A stretch of 64,000 bases of DNA. Origin: Eledone cirrhosa. Lineage: Eukaryota. Under the pieces are notes generated by a model, which made no database searches, was not told the origin of the DNA, and was given only the letters and a program-made list of their open reading frames with translations. A program made the translations under genes and the position numbers. Below, in pieces: positions 1 through 13,639 of the stretch. Each line of letters begins with the position of its first letter. The first letter of the stretch is position 1. The stretch spans positions 25,048,001-25,112,000 of the forward strand of contig OZ024745.1 of assembly GCA_964016885.1 (NCBI GenBank). The letters run 5' to 3'.

Positions 1-294
1 AATCCACCGCCCTAATGTCTGTACGTAATGAGGGAGTGAGAGGGGAGAGAAAGAAGAGCAGAGGTGAAGTGACGAAGTGACTCTCTCCTCCTCCTCCTCC
101 ATCTCCCCATTCGTCACAGCGATAGAGGGGAGGAATGTTAGTGTGTTACAAAGAGAAAGAGTGAAAGTGAGAGAAACAGACAGACTAAAAGAGAGGGATA
201 GCTGGAGAGAGAGAGAGATAGCAACCACGCGCGCACGTGTTTCCACTGTCGGACAGACAGACAGAGAAATTGCTGGTTATATATTATAAGGAGA
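1..294 (-). mobile_element. Probable 5' end of a non-autonomous Helitron-like element
   Basis: Minus strand reads A|TCTCCTTATAATATATAACC...CTGTCTGTCTGTCCG: a TC start after A, an AT-rich head and a (CTGT)n microsatellite, as in Lep1-type Helitrons. The 3' end would lie outside the window. Confidence 0.4.
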
Positions 295-407
295 TATATG
301 TATAGATAATATCTGTGTGAACAGACATAACATATTTCTCTTAAGATCCAAGATTTCTTGTCCTAAGTAAATGTGAAGATAAAAATATTGATCATATATA
401 TCTGTGA

Positions 408-672
408 AGGAGTGTGGCCTGGTGGTAAGGGTGTTGACCTTATGATCATAATGTCATGGGTTCAATTCCTGGACTGGGTTTTGTTTTGTGTTCTTGAGCA
501 AAACACTCCAGTGTACACAGCTGAAAATGTGTACCAGCAACAGCTGGTGATTTAATCTTGCAATGGACTAGTATCATGTCCAGAAGAGAGTCTTGTGCTC
601 TCAGTTTTTTAATGCCACAGAAACTGGGATAAGCACTGGCTTGAGCCTCCTCGCTCGTGACAGACTTTAGAC
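408..672 (+). mobile_element. Old tRNA-derived CORE-type SINE
   Basis: A-box-like TGGCCTGGTGG, B-box-like GGGTTCAATTCC and a CORE-like GTTCTTGAGCAAAACAC...CCAGTGTACACAGCTG segment. Confidence 0.5.
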
Positions 673-1338
673 TTATATATATACACAGTCGATTGCTATG
701 AATAATAGCTTACAAGCTCAGGTAAAATGCCCCCTATAGACGGAGAAAAATGGTCAGCAGAAACTACAGAAAATTGAACTATATACCTCTCATCTCCAGT
801 TGTGTCCTCTATACTGTTGGGCTAAACGACCCCTGACAACAACCTCTGTCTAAACATAAATGATTAGCTTTATATGTAAGAACATTTGTAAATAATATGT
901 GTTGAGTTGATTGAAAGTTTTAGAAAATGTAGAAAATCTTATGCAGAAAATAACTGTAAACACAGTCGATTGCCATAAATTATAGCTTAGAAAATTGGGG
1001 GAGATGATCCTATAAACCGAAAAAATATATATATGGCATTAGGAAGGGCATCCAGCTGTAGAAATGAAGCATTAAATGGGAGATACAAGCAAGACACAGT
1101 CACCTGACTTGTCTAGTCTCAGTACATGATGGCCTGTCTGACACATGCAAAGATGAAAAAGAGACATTAAATGATTAATACATACATATATATATGGACT
1201 GCAAATTGCTACAAGTGACAGAGGAGATAACAAAGGAACAAGTGGGGAGATGCCATGTTGAAAAGGATCCGTCCAACCCATGCAAGCATGGAAAAGAAGA
1301 CGTAAAAACGATGATGATATTTATATATATATATATAT

Positions 1339-1733
1339 GGAGGCACATGGCTTAGTGGTTAGAGCATTGGCCTTGCAATCGAAAGGTTGTGAGTTCAATT
1401 CTCAGACCGGGTGATGTGTTGTTTCCTTGAGCAAGACACTTTATTTCACATTGCACCAGTTTACTCAGCTGTAGAAATGAGATGATAGGGACTGGGGTCC
1501 CTATCATTCCACTGTAAAGTGGATGTGGAGGTGTCACAGCAAAAAAGCACCCAGCCCACACTGTAAATTGGACATGTAGGCGCCACGGAAAAAAAGCACC
1601 CACCCAGCACTCACTGTAAATGATGTTGGTGTTAGGAAGGGCATCCAGCTGTAGAAATCAAGCCAGAATCAGTTCCCGTCTCACCCTTGCAAGCAGGGAA
1701 AAGCGGACATAAAATGATGATGATGATGATGAT
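1339..1733 (+). mobile_element. Full-length tRNA-derived CORE-type SINE with RTE-derived 3' tail
   Basis: GGAGGCACATGGCTTAGTGG (A box), GAGTTCAATTC (B box), CCTTGAGCAAGACACTT (CORE-like), internal hairpin 1482-1507, TTAGGAAGGGCATCCAGCTGTAGAAA shared with RTE 3'UTRs, and an (ATG)n tail. Near-identical copies at 34578, 53142 and 59426. Confidence 0.85.
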
Positions 1734-1796
1734 ATATAATCAAGAAAAGTATACATGTTTCTTTTATAAAACAATTTTTTAGGCTCTATTTATTAA

Positions 1797-2011
1797 CCCT
1801 TTCATGACTGCATTTCTAATCAAATACTTTGTTTCAATTAATTAATGAAGAATTTTGAGAGAATTACTAAAGTTACAAAGATAGTAACTTAACATATGGT
1901 TCTTATATAAAATTATACTGGAAGATTTTAATTTGAATTGGAAACCTTTAAAATAGGTGACTTTATTTCATAGAACCAGAGCTGGTTTTGGCTGGGTTGG
2001 TAACTAAACAG
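1797..2011. mobile_element. Degenerate piggyBac-type MITE
   Basis: TTAA|CCCTTTCATGAC ... GGTAACTAAACAG|TTAA. Related internal sequence and end recur near 27300-27500. Confidence 0.45.
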
Positions 2012-3122
2012 TTAAACTCTCTTCTCTTTCATTTTCACCTGCCCTATCAAAATATCGCTTGAGTTGATTACATATGCAGTTATTTTTAGTTTAAAATCTT
2101 CCATGGTCAACATTGACTTTCATCCTTCCAAGAGACGATAACATAAAGTACCAGTTAAATACTGGGGTTGACTAATTGCACTCCTAATTAGATTCCTTGT
2201 ATTTACTTATATTAGAAAAAATATATGACTTTTTCTGACAGGCATTGGTTGGCAGAATGCCTTGTAATATTCATTTACATTCTTGGTTCAAATCCTGCCA
2301 AATTCAAGTTTGCTTTTTATCTTCACAAGAGACAATAAAATAAGTCCCAGCTGGATATAGGAATTAATTTAATCAACCATGTCTGCCCCTTAAAAGTTTG
2401 TGGTTTTGTGCCTTTGTTTCAAAATAAACTTTTATTACTAGTTCTGTTATTTATCTATTCTAAATTATTTCTTTTCAGCACTGTACTGTGCTGTTTGCTG
2501 CTTATAGTTAATAACAGAACATCATTTATAATATTGCTGTGTGTATCTCAGTTTTTAGAATAGACACACTGTATCACTGCATGTGAGGTGGTGAATTGGC
2601 AGAGTCATTACAATGTCGAATAGAATGCTTTGTAGTATTCCTTTCAGCTCTCTGTTCTCTGAGTTCAAATCCCGCTGAGGTCAACTTTGCCTTTCATCCA
2701 TTCATGGTCGATAAAAAAGTACCAGGGTTGATTCTTCCTCTATATCTCTTTCTCACTTATTTTCTCTCACTCACTCACTCTATCCTTCTCTGGAAGAAAT
2801 CTGATGTATTCAGGCCTGGAGAGGAGATGGGCTCTGCTAGGCTTACAAAATGCCCTAGAAATGCTGTATGTCAATATGGCGTCCCTACGACTCCTTGGGA
2901 GTTACGGGACCATACCATGTCATCCCTGCATGTTATAAGAAGCAACTGAAAGAGTTTATACATCAGGAAGGGCATCCGACTGTAAAACGTTTTCAAACCC
3001 ATGCTAGCATGGAGAATTGGACGTAAAAACAATGATGATGATGATGAATATCCAATAGCATAAACTGACTATATATGGCAACATTACCTCAAAAAACTTC
3101 TTTGTTTTTTTTAAATGAAATT

Positions 3123-3290
3123 ATCATATATACTCGAATATAAGCTGAGGAATATGTGACCAAAGAATCAATGGTAAAATGGAGGTCAGCATATATTTGC
3201 CATCTAAACATAATGTTTTGATTGGCTGCCTTGATATATAAATGGGGTTTAGATTTCTGCCCATTTCTCTATATTCGACTATATACTGTA
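3123..3290. mobile_element. Tc1/mariner (pogo/Tc2-like) MITE; second copy ~5508-5718
   Basis: Imperfect TIRs CATATATACTCGAATATA / TATATTCGACTATATACTG followed by TA. The internal sequence recurs at 5508 (TACCGCATATACTCGACTATAAGCTGAGG). Confidence 0.55.
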
Positions 3291-3296
3291 CATTAA

Positions 3297-3517
3297 CCCT
3301 TTAGCATTTACATTACTCTATATATACTATTGTATTTTCACAGTAAACACTTCATTTCACATAACTATCTCACATAATATCGAATCTACGAGATTTTCAT
3401 ATTATTTATTTTGAAACGAATACCTTAATATAAGTATAAGCAACCAGTTATGGCCGGTTTGAACAGAAATAGGTGAGAGAGTTCTGGCCAGATACAGCCG
3501 GTTTAAATGCTAAAGGG
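3297..3517. mobile_element. piggyBac-type MITE
   Basis: Perfect 14-bp TIRs CCCTTTAGCATTTA / TAAATGCTAAAGGG flanked by TTAA (3293-3296 and 3518-3521). Confidence 0.85.
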
Positions 3518-3784
3518 TTAAATTTACAAATAAAATTAAATACTCAACCAAAGTGATAACTGACAAGCCAATAGAAAAAAAGCATTTTTTTTTTCGATAA
3601 ATAAAAGATAACAAAATAATATTTACATAAATATTTGAAGCATTTTTGTTAATATAGTTCTCCCCTTCCTCCCTCTTTCTCTCTTGCTCTCTCTCCCTCT
3701 TTCTCTGTCCTTATTTAACCTAATGTAGAAATTTCATTTATCAGGGAAAACAACTGAAAATTTAATTTGTCATCTGCTAACATT

Positions 3785-3950
3785 GAGGGTCGGATGCCAT
3801 GCTTTGACGCATAGAGTTACAGCCCTTGCCATTCTGAGTTCAAATCCCGCCGAGGTTAACTTTGCCTTTCATCCTTACTGGGTCGATAAAATAAAGTACC
3901 AGTAATACACTGGGTAATTGCTGGCCTTGTGCCTAACGTAGAAACAATTA
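3785..3950 (+). mobile_element. Meta-domain-type SINE; older copies ~2240-2430 and ~2585-2725
   Basis: B box GAGTTCAAATCC followed by GCCTTTCATCCTTACTGGGTCGATAAAATAAAGTACCAG, which resembles the Meta/Sauria-SINE central domain; tail GTAGAAACAATT. Confidence 0.7.
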
Positions 3951-4036
3951 TGAATATATGTATGTATGTGTGTATACATATGTGTGTATATAAATATATA
4001 TGTTTGTGTGTGTATATATCTATCTATCTATGATAT

Positions 4037-4111
<75 letters not shown>

Positions 4112-5717
4112 ATGCAAAACATGAAAAAAAATAACAAAGCAAATAACACAGTACAATGAATAAATATATTAGTTTAACGCTGGATATAGTAGGAGACTAG
4201 TCTTTCATCAGAGGATAGAATGAGAAATAAAAGATGAAATAGAAAGATAAAGAGCGAGCAGAGGAAGGAACAGAAAAAGATTTTTATGAGAAAACATATT
4301 TATGTATATATATGTGTATTTATATATAATATATATATATATTTGTCGTGTAACCATAGTCATATACATATGTGTATAAACACATACACAAAAACTAATT
4401 TTATTTGCAATCGGATCTTTTTAAATATTTCTAAGCAAAAATTATATTTAAAAAAAATATAATTCTGAAATTAGATTATATTATTGTATTGAACAAACCT
4501 TGTATTTCTGATGTTCATGTGTGACTTAAAATGTTAGACTGTTTTTTTTTTTATATACTATGATTTTTTTCAACATGCTGACGTGTATGTGTATATGTGT
4601 GTGCATGTTTGTATGTACATATGCATACATTTATATGTATGAGTATACAAATATAAACACACAAGCGCAGACACACTTACAAAAATATACACTCACAGAC
4701 ATACATTCACACAAATATACATGCATTCACACAAACACACACATACATTTACACAAACACACACATACACATACACACACACAGTGTAGCAAATGGAACG
4801 CCAGCCATTGTGTTGCTATAGTTTTTTTCACCATCCCCTTCCTTCCTTTTGCACACACATACATTCACACAAACACACACACATTGTGGGACGGAAGGAA
4901 GTCGCTCAAATTTATATATAGATTCTTTATTTTTAGTTCTATTTTTAAAGTAGATAGCAAGCAGGCAGAGACAATGTAGGATCAAAACACTCTTTAGTTT
5001 GGCAGAGGATAACCACTTTTAGTACTGATGCCACTATAAAATTCTCCCAGTACACTATGTAAAGTGGTTGGTGTTAGGAAGGGCATCCAGCTGTAGAAAC
5101 TATGTCAAAAATGAAACATATTTGTGAAATGTAGTCTCCAGACGCATCTAGAAGTGTAGTCACTGTCTTGGTCTGTGACAATATATATATATGTGTGTGT
5201 TTGTGAATGTATGTGCGTATGTGTGTATGCAAAAAGTAAACAGAAATAACATAGCAAACGACACAGTACAATGAAGAAATATATTAGTTTAACACTTGAT
5301 ATAGTGATATAGTAGGAAATGAGTCTCTACATTTTGGACACTAGTCTTTCATCAGATAAGCATGGAAGCAGATTTAAATGATGATGATGATGATGATGAT
5401 GATAGTGATAACATAATGGCTGCAATGTTAATGTGCTGACAACTGACTTCATGATTATAGGTTTATTCCATTATTACAACCATTATATTCTTCTTCTAAA
5501 CAAGACATACCGCATATACTCGACTATAAGCTGAGGAATATGTGACCAAAAAAATCAATGGTAAAATGGGGGGTGGAGTCAGCTTGTATACACCATCTAA
5601 GCAATGTGTTGATTAGCTGCCTTGGCTTATAAATGGGGTTTGGATTTCTTGCCCATTTCTCAAAAATGAAATAAGGATGTCAACTTCTATTCGGGTCAGC
5701 TAATATTCACATATATA

Positions 5718-5878
5718 GAGGCTTTGTGGTTAAAGCATTGGGCTTGCAAACGAAAGGTTGTGATTTCAATTCTCGGACCGGGTGATGTGTTGTTTCCTTG
5801 AGCAAGACACTTTATTTCATGTTGCTCCAGTTTACTCAGCTGTAGAAATGAGATGATAGGACTGGGGTCCCTATCATT
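5718..5878 (+). mobile_element. 3'-truncated CORE-type SINE
   Basis: Matches the 1339 copy from the head through the hairpin, then stops. Confidence 0.75.
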
Positions 5879-5999
5879 AAATTACCCAAGATATACCTTG
5901 GAGGAGGCTAGCTAAACCTGCATAGGTGTGAGCTGTCACACACACACATATAGAGTAACATTTCTTTTTGTTGTTTATAGTAGGTTAGTCTCAAGAAGT

Positions 6000-6890
6000 A
6001 GCCATATCTTTTGCAGGCCACAACTAGTGAGATTCATGCAGTATTTGTCGAGCTTAATTATTGTCCAGCAATTCTTTTCTGAGACATTCTAACCACATGT
6101 CTAGTATTGGAGCTGGGATCTCTTGATTCGGAGATGTAGCGTCTCTACCTGGAGTGACTATCTGATCTGCGAACTGTGTACTCTATCAAGTAATGTTATT
6201 CCAAAGATCCTTTGGAGGAGCCCCATTTCAGCTGCTTGTATTCCCAATCGTATTCTTTCAGTCATTACCCAGAATTCATGATCATAGGGAACGGTTGGCA
6301 TGAATACTGAACAGAAGATAGCAAGTCTGGCTTATACACCTACCTCTCTCCTTTTGATGACTGATTGCTGAAGCTGACTCATTATTGCACTTAATTCAGT
6401 ATCATGCCTTCCACCACTTGTGAACATGGCCCCCAAGATACATGAAATTCTCCACCTGTAGAGTGCACTATGCCGGCTTTCTTGAGAGAACAAGTGTCTC
6501 AGCCTTCGCAGCACTGGTTTTCAATCCTGCTATGCAGCACCTATCATCAAACCTATCAACTGCAAGTTGGATATCACCTGTTGAATTAAGTAATACCTTA
6601 TCTTCCGCAAATTTCAGCCAACTGAGTCTACACACCCAGTATTGATACAACTTCCAACCCGGTTGTGAATATCAATCATATCTATGAAGATTATGAACAG
6701 GAGAGGTGACAGTATACACCCTTAGCAGAGTTGAATGGTTTTGATTTAGTACCATTTATCTGAACACAAATACCCGACCATTCGTATATAGACATCAAGG
6801 CAGCAAGAAGCTGATCATCGATCCCATACTCTTGCACATCCTTCCACGGTAGGTCCGGAGAAACGCAGTCATATGCTTTTTCAAGGGCTG
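6000..6890 (-). mobile_element. Decayed RTE (Expander/Rex3-like) RT fragment
   Basis: Translated pieces KFAEDKVLL..DIQLAVDRF..AGLKTSAAKAETLVLSRK and YLGAMFTSGG..YDHEFWVMTERIR..IQAAEMG, with frameshifts and stops. Confidence 0.7.
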
Positions 6891-7459
6891 CGAAACTAGA
6901 ATACGTCTGTTAGCTTGGACTCGACTATATCCCTACATCTCTTCACCAGATACTTAACATAGACTTTATTGGAGGCGGTGAGACTCACATCCTATTTATT
7001 TTCTAACGTATGGGATTTCTAGGAATGTACTTTTTTGTCATATAAAATGTTTTTTAATGTAAAACGAAAATTAATATAAAATTTCGTCGGAGGTAAATTA
7101 GGAAATTTAATAAGCGTAGGGGTGGAAAAAATCTGAAAACTTAATAAGCTGGGGAGGGGCGATTGTTCGACACTCGAGGGTACTTGATAGTGTTTCGAAC
7201 ATTTAACCAGTGAGTTCCTTCCCTTAGAGACTAATAGGTTATTTCCCTTGGTGATCTCTATATTTATTTTGTTCTCGTTCCCTCTTTACATCTAAGTATT
7301 TATCGTTAATTCGATATCTTAATTTCTTCTTGCTTTTTTCTTTCTTTACTTCCTTTGTTTCAGTTTCATGAGACTAAGCGTTGCTATAAAGGCACATTAC
7401 CTTCTCCTAGTTGTCACATAAAATTCTGTGTACCTGTTATGACTTAATTGTTATAATTT

Positions 7460-8050
7460 GTCTTTTACTCCACTTACTCAAGGCTTACATCGAGCATGCT
7501 CCGTCCGACTACCCATCGATCTACCTGTCATACAGGTCTCTGAGCATGCTCTTCATTGCAGACAAGATCACACCATTCTCAACAGGCGTCTAACAGGGCG
7601 ATCCATTGGGCCTCCTCTCCTTCGCTCTTATGGTACACAGCGTACTCAGAGCATCACCGCCCCTCTCAACGTATGATACATGGATGATGCGATGATATGA
7701 TAGAGAGTGTCTGTCATGGTCTTCGATTGGTGGTTCCCGCTCTAACGAGGATCGGTGTCGAGATCAACTCGTCTAAGTCTGGGGGTCATAAACGTCATTA
7801 CAACGCAGAGGGCTTCGCAGTCTCCGTCTCGGGCGTGCGATCATTACTCCGCCAAGTACAAGTGACCCTAAAGAAGACGCCCTTATACTCGGCTCACCGA
7901 TCCTCCCGCTTGCCCTCACTGTACTCTTAGGTCCAGGCTACGCCAGATACAAACTCTGATGAGCAGACTGAACGTGATCGACGCCCACCCGACACTCCTG
8001 TTAGGGAACTGCTTTGCCACGCCGCAGCTCCTATACAGTAGAGCGCCCGG
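7460..8050 (+). mobile_element. Decayed CRE-clade-like non-LTR RT fragment
   Basis: STGV*QGDPLG..FAL followed by PLNV*YMDD and IGVEINSSKS, matching the QQGDPLGP/LNVWYLDD motifs of CRE-type RTs. Confidence 0.6.
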
Positions 8051-8429
8051 GTGACTCTCGGAAGGCTGATGAATGAAATGAAAACAATCCCAGGAAACTC
8101 CGATTACAATAGGTTTTATACAATATAGTATCTATATGTGTGTGCGTGTATGTATATTTATATGTGTGTGTGTGTGTGTGTGCGTGTGTGATGGCTGCAA
8201 ACTCTGCTAAGAGTATTGCAATCGCTTGTCAGATTACAGAAAATGGAGCACTTTTAGGCTACGGCCAGCCACACGAACCTGTAACAGATCCTGAACAAGC
8301 AATGCCTGTGCTTTTAAATGGGGGAAAGGCCTTGCACTCGACCAATTCCACTCTCTGAACATCGAAAACACTACCCGAAAAGGAGAACTGGTCAACATCA
8401 TCGGATATATGTATATATATATATATATA

Positions 8430-8792
8430 GTGAGCAAAGGCACTGCACAAAGCCAGTCCCACTCTCTTAACCAAGATGATATTTACCAAAAAGAAGAACA
8501 AGTCAACATCATTGGATACCATCAGGGTTGCAGGTGTTATATCAGAGTTTTCTATATAAAAGCTTCACGGCACAGGCATTGCTTTATATCTGGAGATCTC
8601 TCTGCACTCGTCGTCACATGGTACCATGGGCCCAGCACTATGTGTCAATAATTGTCCCAAGTGTAGTGTTTGTACCAGAGTTTTCAAGTCGCTGGCTGGA
8701 CTAAAAAGTCACACTCGTTCAGCGCATCGGTAGGGGTTCTTCTACATGGATATAAAGTAGTGGCCGTACTCGAAAACGAGTTAGCAGCCACC

Positions 8793-8793
<1 letters not shown>
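8430..8793 (+). mobile_element. 3' fragment of BovB-type RTE LINE
   Basis: Terminal zinc finger CSVCTRVFKSLAGLKSHTRSAHR*, short 3'UTR with a CTCGAAAACGAG hairpin; flanked by (TA)n on both sides. Confidence 0.55.
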
Positions 8794-8823
<30 letters not shown>

Positions 8824-9026
8824 TAAAAAAATAATGAATAAAACAATGAAACAGTTCCTTATATTAAACAAAAAAAGTTCATTATTTAACGATCGTTTCT
8901 AGGATATATATGTGTTAGAATTGGCATGCATATTCAACAGATCTATGTACAAAATTATACAAAATTATACAAACTATCAAGATTAAATATACATACCAAA
9001 CACACATATATGCCGTCTTCAGAAAT

Positions 9027-9204
9027 AATTGTTTCTACTTTTGGCACAAGGCCAGCAATTACCCAGTGCATTACTGGTACTTTATTTTATCGACCCCGTA
9101 AGGATGAAAGGCAAAGTCAACCTCGGCGGGATTTGAACTCAGATCGTAAAGGGACGTAACAATGCTGGAAAGCATGGCGTCCGACCCTCTACCGATACTG
9201 CCAA
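9027..9204 (-). mobile_element. Young Meta-domain-type SINE
   Basis: Near-identical reverse complement of 11201-11378; CpGs intact. Confidence 0.8.
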
Positions 9205-9404
9205 TAATGAAATATATTTATTGATAATAACAACAATTCAAAATTTCAGGTCCGTTTGGGAACAGAGTTCAAATTGACCAATGAAAATACAAAAAATTTT
9301 ATGCAGTTTGGTGTGTGTATATACATGTAATTAACTTCGTACACATATTTATATAAAGATATATGCTCACATGCATACGCATGTAAACTCTTGGTAGATT
9401 TATC

Positions 9405-9460
<56 letters not shown>

Positions 9461-9506
9461 GAAATACTGTTGGCTTCACGCTCACAATAATTTCTATACT
9501 TTCATT

Positions 9507-9548
<42 letters not shown>

Positions 9549-10077
9549 TATATATGTGTGTGTGTGTGTCATAATGTCCATTTTTCGACGCTACCATGGG
9601 TTAGACGAGTTGTCCCATTGTGAGACGAGCCAGATCAGATGACCGTGTCTTGCACATACAGAACTGATTCTGGCATGGTTTCTACAGCTGGATGCTCTTC
9701 TTAACGCCAACCACATTTATAGTGTGTAATGGGTGCTTTTCATCCTGGAACAAAATGATCATTTTATAGTGTTAGCTGGGTGCTTTATATATATATATAT
9801 TGAGAGAGAGTTGTCTGGAATGTATCTGCTAAACACACGCTGATGAACCATTGATATTTCCATTTCAGTCACTAATTTGTTGGCGAAACGAATCCCTTTT
9901 TGATTTTTACGTGTGTAATATATAGTTATAGAGGTGGGTATATTCATTTTGATTTATATTTTTAATTATTATATTGTCTACCTCACCTTCAGTAGTTTAT
10001 AGATTCCATACACTGGTGGTTTCCCTGTTTATTGATCTCACACACTCTCTCCCTCTAGTGTGTTATCCTTTCTACAT

Positions 10078-10121
<44 letters not shown>

Positions 10122-11029
10122 CAAATATAGACGCACGCGTTATCAAACGGAAAGGAAGGAAGAGAGAAAAACCGTGGCTAAAAACAAAATGCCAACTTTA
10201 CTGCTTCAGCGTAACAAAATACGAATCTCTGGCTAAAGAATTAGAAGATACAGCAACGTTAATGTCGGGCAGAAAAGGATTGATAAAATTTTCGAAAATT
10301 CTAATATAACGACAAATTCAATGAAAATTAACACCACAGCACGTTGATTACATCTGAAGACAGTAAGTTGACAAAGATTTACTAGAAGTCTTTTATAATG
10401 TGTGTAAATAATAGAATTATGCGAACCTTTCAAAGATACGGTAATTATATATAAGTGAAAATATATAACATCGTTGAAAAAAGATATTTCTTCTCCATCA
10501 CTTTTATATACAGGGAAATACTTCCAACCTGATATGTTGAAGTGTTATTTTTCAATAGCCATATCCCACTGTTACATGTGATATAAAATATATTGTTATC
10601 ATGGCTGTCGTTATTATTTAAATTACCCAGTCTGTATAATCATGTTGCTCACTACCTTGCTATTTTGTTGTTTAAAGTAAATTAAAGCTATCTACAGTCT
10701 AGCCTAAGTCTGTTTAAATTTCAGGTAAATTAACAGTAAAAACACCCCTCAGTCATTCGGTGGAAATTGTCCTTTTTGCTAGTTTAAAATTTTTTTTTTA
10801 ACGAATCTGGTCTCAAAATCAGTCGGAAAAGAATAGTTTATTTTTATTTTGTTAGAAAACGGAGCAAGTGGGCCCCTTTGAAGTTTGTTTTCTTTCATAG
10901 TATTTTTTGTTAGTGTTTGTCTATAATAAAGTTCTAATATTGTGAAGCACTGTCTGACACATGTCGACGTTTAATTATCGTGGATAAATTTTTACAATTT
11001 ACACCCACCGTCATCCTTTTTGAACGAAA

Positions 11030-12260
11030 TATGTCCTTGAAGGTCAATATGGGAAAAACAATGTTCCGAACTTCATAGGAAAAGTTTGGAAGAAATTGTC
11101 ATAAATTCCATTACAGTAAGTCTTAATTATTTGTGTGTGTATCACTACTAAAAATAACCTATCAAGCAGGTGTCCCTATTTTTGCTATATTATAATGACC
11201 TGGCAGTATCGGTAGAGGGTCGGACGCCATGCTTTCCAGCATAGTTATGTCCCTTTACGATCTGAGTTCAAATCCCGCCGAGGTTGACTTTGCCTTTCAT
11301 CCTTACGGGGTCGATAAAATAAAGTACTAGTAATGCACTGGGTAATTGCTGGCCTTGTGCCTAAAGTAGAAACAATTATAATGACCACGTATAGTACTGT
11401 TTCAGTTAGTGATGTATTTTTAGGAACGTATTTTCAGAATCTAATACTTATATAACTGTACATGTGTGTGTGTATTCACATTATAAACACATACATTACA
11501 GAGTGTACATGGTGCATTTTATCCTGGCACAAGCACTTTACAGAGTGTATTGGATGTCTTTTATCATGTATATTTCACATAATCACACGCAATATCAGTA
11601 TAGAAATGGGGACATCACTTAATGGCAGTTGTCTTATAAATAAGAAGTATAGAAATTTAGTTGAATCTCTACATTTTAAGTCTCCTCTATATCTTATACT
11701 GTTTCTTTATTATTTCAGAATATCAGAAGACATTGGCAGAATATAGATAGATTTGACTTCAGATACATCATCAATATTTATCTTTTAAACATTGAAGGAA
11801 GATGCTGTATAGAACAGATATAACCAGGTTTATATAAATCTATGGAAGGAATTACTGTGAACTATTTCATCTGAACTAAGATTAATAACATTTCTCTACT
11901 TCACTTAATGGAATATGTACAAGATGGTTTTGTATACTAATTAACTCTTAACATCATGTACCACATGGAACCACATTACATATTAAAGTCTTTGCTCTAA
12001 TACTGCAATTTTTCTACCAGTAACGACACTATAAACATTTGAATTAACAAACCTTTTTTTTTTTTTTTTTAGATATTTTCTGCTAAATTATTACAGGATG
12101 TTAAGATTTGAACTTGGATAAATTTAGAAAAATGTCTGCGACATCTTCAGCTATCAACAAAAGTTAATTGATATATATCAGAAGACTTATCTGTTAGGCA
12201 TTGAATATAAAAGCAAAAATAAGGAAAATACTTGTTTATTGTGGTGAGAAAATAGACATT
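11030..12260 (+). other. Putative 5'UTR exons of the zinc-finger gene
   Basis: Donor ACA|GTAAGT at 11115/11116; acceptor TTATTTCAG at 11718 with a possible donor near 11827; strong poly-T/AG acceptor at 12072. The TSS is not determinable from sequence. Confidence 0.35.
11201..11378 (+). mobile_element. Young Meta-domain-type SINE
   Basis: TGGCAGTATCGG (A box), GAGTTCAAATCC (B box), Meta-like domain and GTAGAAACAATT tail. Confidence 0.8.
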
Positions 12261-13628
12261 ATGGAGAGCAAATTATTTGAGAATGAAATGAAATTTGTAG
12301 CAGAGTCAAAAACATTTGATTTTACCAATAAACTGCTGAGAGATATAAGTAAGACAATATACAACTGTGATATCTGTGGTAAATCATTCATTCAAAATAG
12401 TGACCTAATTACTCATAAATGTATTCATACACGAAAGAAACCATATCACTGTGATATCTGTGGTAAATCATTTTCTCAAAACAGTAACCTAACTATTCAC
12501 AAACGTATTCATACTGGAGAGAATCTATACCATTGTGAAATCTGTGGCAGATCATTCACTAAAAGTAGTGACCTAACTATTCACAAGCGTATTCATACAG
12601 GAGAGAAGCCATACCACTGTGATATCTGTGGTAGATCTTTTACACATCGATATTCTTTAACCGCTCACAAACGAGTTCATACAGGAAATAGACCATATCA
12701 CTGTGATATCTGTGGCAGATCATTCTCTGTATGTGGCAACTTAACTAAACACAAGCGTGTCCATACTGGAGAGAAACCATATCACTGTGATCTGTGTGGT
12801 AAATTATTCTCTTATAAATGTGACTTAACTGCTCATAGACGTACACATACAGGAGAGAAACCATATCACTGTGATATCTGTGGTAAATCATTTGCTCAAA
12901 GTGGTGACGTAAAAGCTCACAAACGTATTCATACCGGAGAGAAGCCATATCAGTGTGACATCTGTGGTAAATCATTTTCTCAGGGCAATCAAGTAACTAT
13001 GCACAAACGTATTCACACAGGAGAGAAGCCATATAAGTGTGATATCTGTGGTAAATCATTCACTGGAAGTCACGTCTTAATCAATCACAAACGTATTCAT
13101 ACAGGAGAGAAGCCATATCACTGTGATATATGTGGTAAATCATTCTCTAGAAGTCATCACTTGTCTACTCACACAGTCATTCATACTGGAGATAAGCCAT
13201 ATCACTGTGATGTTTGTGGTAGATCATTCTCACGGAGCCATCACTTGACCAACCACCAAAGCACTCACACGGGAGACAAGCCATACCACTGTGATATCTG
13301 TGGTAAATCATTCTCTCAGACAAGTAACCTCACCACTCACAAACGTACACATACAGGGAAAAAGCCGCATTACTGCGATGTCTGTGGCAAATCGTTTTCA
13401 CATTTGACATCTTTGTCTAAACATCACAACGTTCATACTGGAATTAAACCATACCACTGTGATATCTGTGGCAAATCATTTTCACAGGCAGGCAACTTAA
13501 CTTCACACAAACGTGTTCATACAGGACTAAGACCATATCACTGTGGTATCTGTGGTAAATCATTCTCTCATGGAAATACCTTAACTAACCACAAACTTAT
13601 TCATACAAGAGAAAAACCACATCACTGA
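12261..13628 (+). CDS. Tandem C2H2 zinc-finger protein, 15 fingers, 455 aa, single coding exon
   Basis: First ATG at 12261 (MESKLF). Fifteen CxxC..HxxxH units joined by TGEKP-type linkers; no KRAB/SCAN/BTB-like N-terminus visible. Confidence 0.93.
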   Translation: MESKLFENEMKFVAESKTFDFTNKLLRDISKTIYNCDICGKSFIQNSDLITHKCIHTRKKPYHCDICGKSFSQNSNLTIHKRIHTGENLYHCEICGRSFTKSSDLTIHKRIHTGEKPYHCDICGRSFTHRYSLTAHKRVHTGNRPYHCDICGRSFSVCGNLTKHKRVHTGEKPYHCDLCGKLFSYKCDLTAHRRTHTGEKPYHCDICGKSFAQSGDVKAHKRIHTGEKPYQCDICGKSFSQGNQVTMHKRIHTGEKPYKCDICGKSFTGSHVLINHKRIHTGEKPYHCDICGKSFSRSHHLSTHTVIHTGDKPYHCDVCGRSFSRSHHLTNHQSTHTGDKPYHCDICGKSFSQTSNLTTHKRTHTGKKPHYCDVCGKSFSHLTSLSKHHNVHTGIKPYHCDICGKSFSQAGNLTSHKRVHTGLRPYHCGICGKSFSHGNTLTNHKLIHTREKPHH

Positions 13629-13639
13629 ATCATTTAATA

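Noticed and set aside
1339-1410. Functional tRNA gene
   Set aside because: The tRNA-like head continues into CORE and LINE-derived tail sequence in multiple copies, so it is a SINE.
12201-12260. TTG start of the 475-aa ZNF ORF
   Set aside because: This is a eukaryotic gene; the first in-frame ATG is at 12261.
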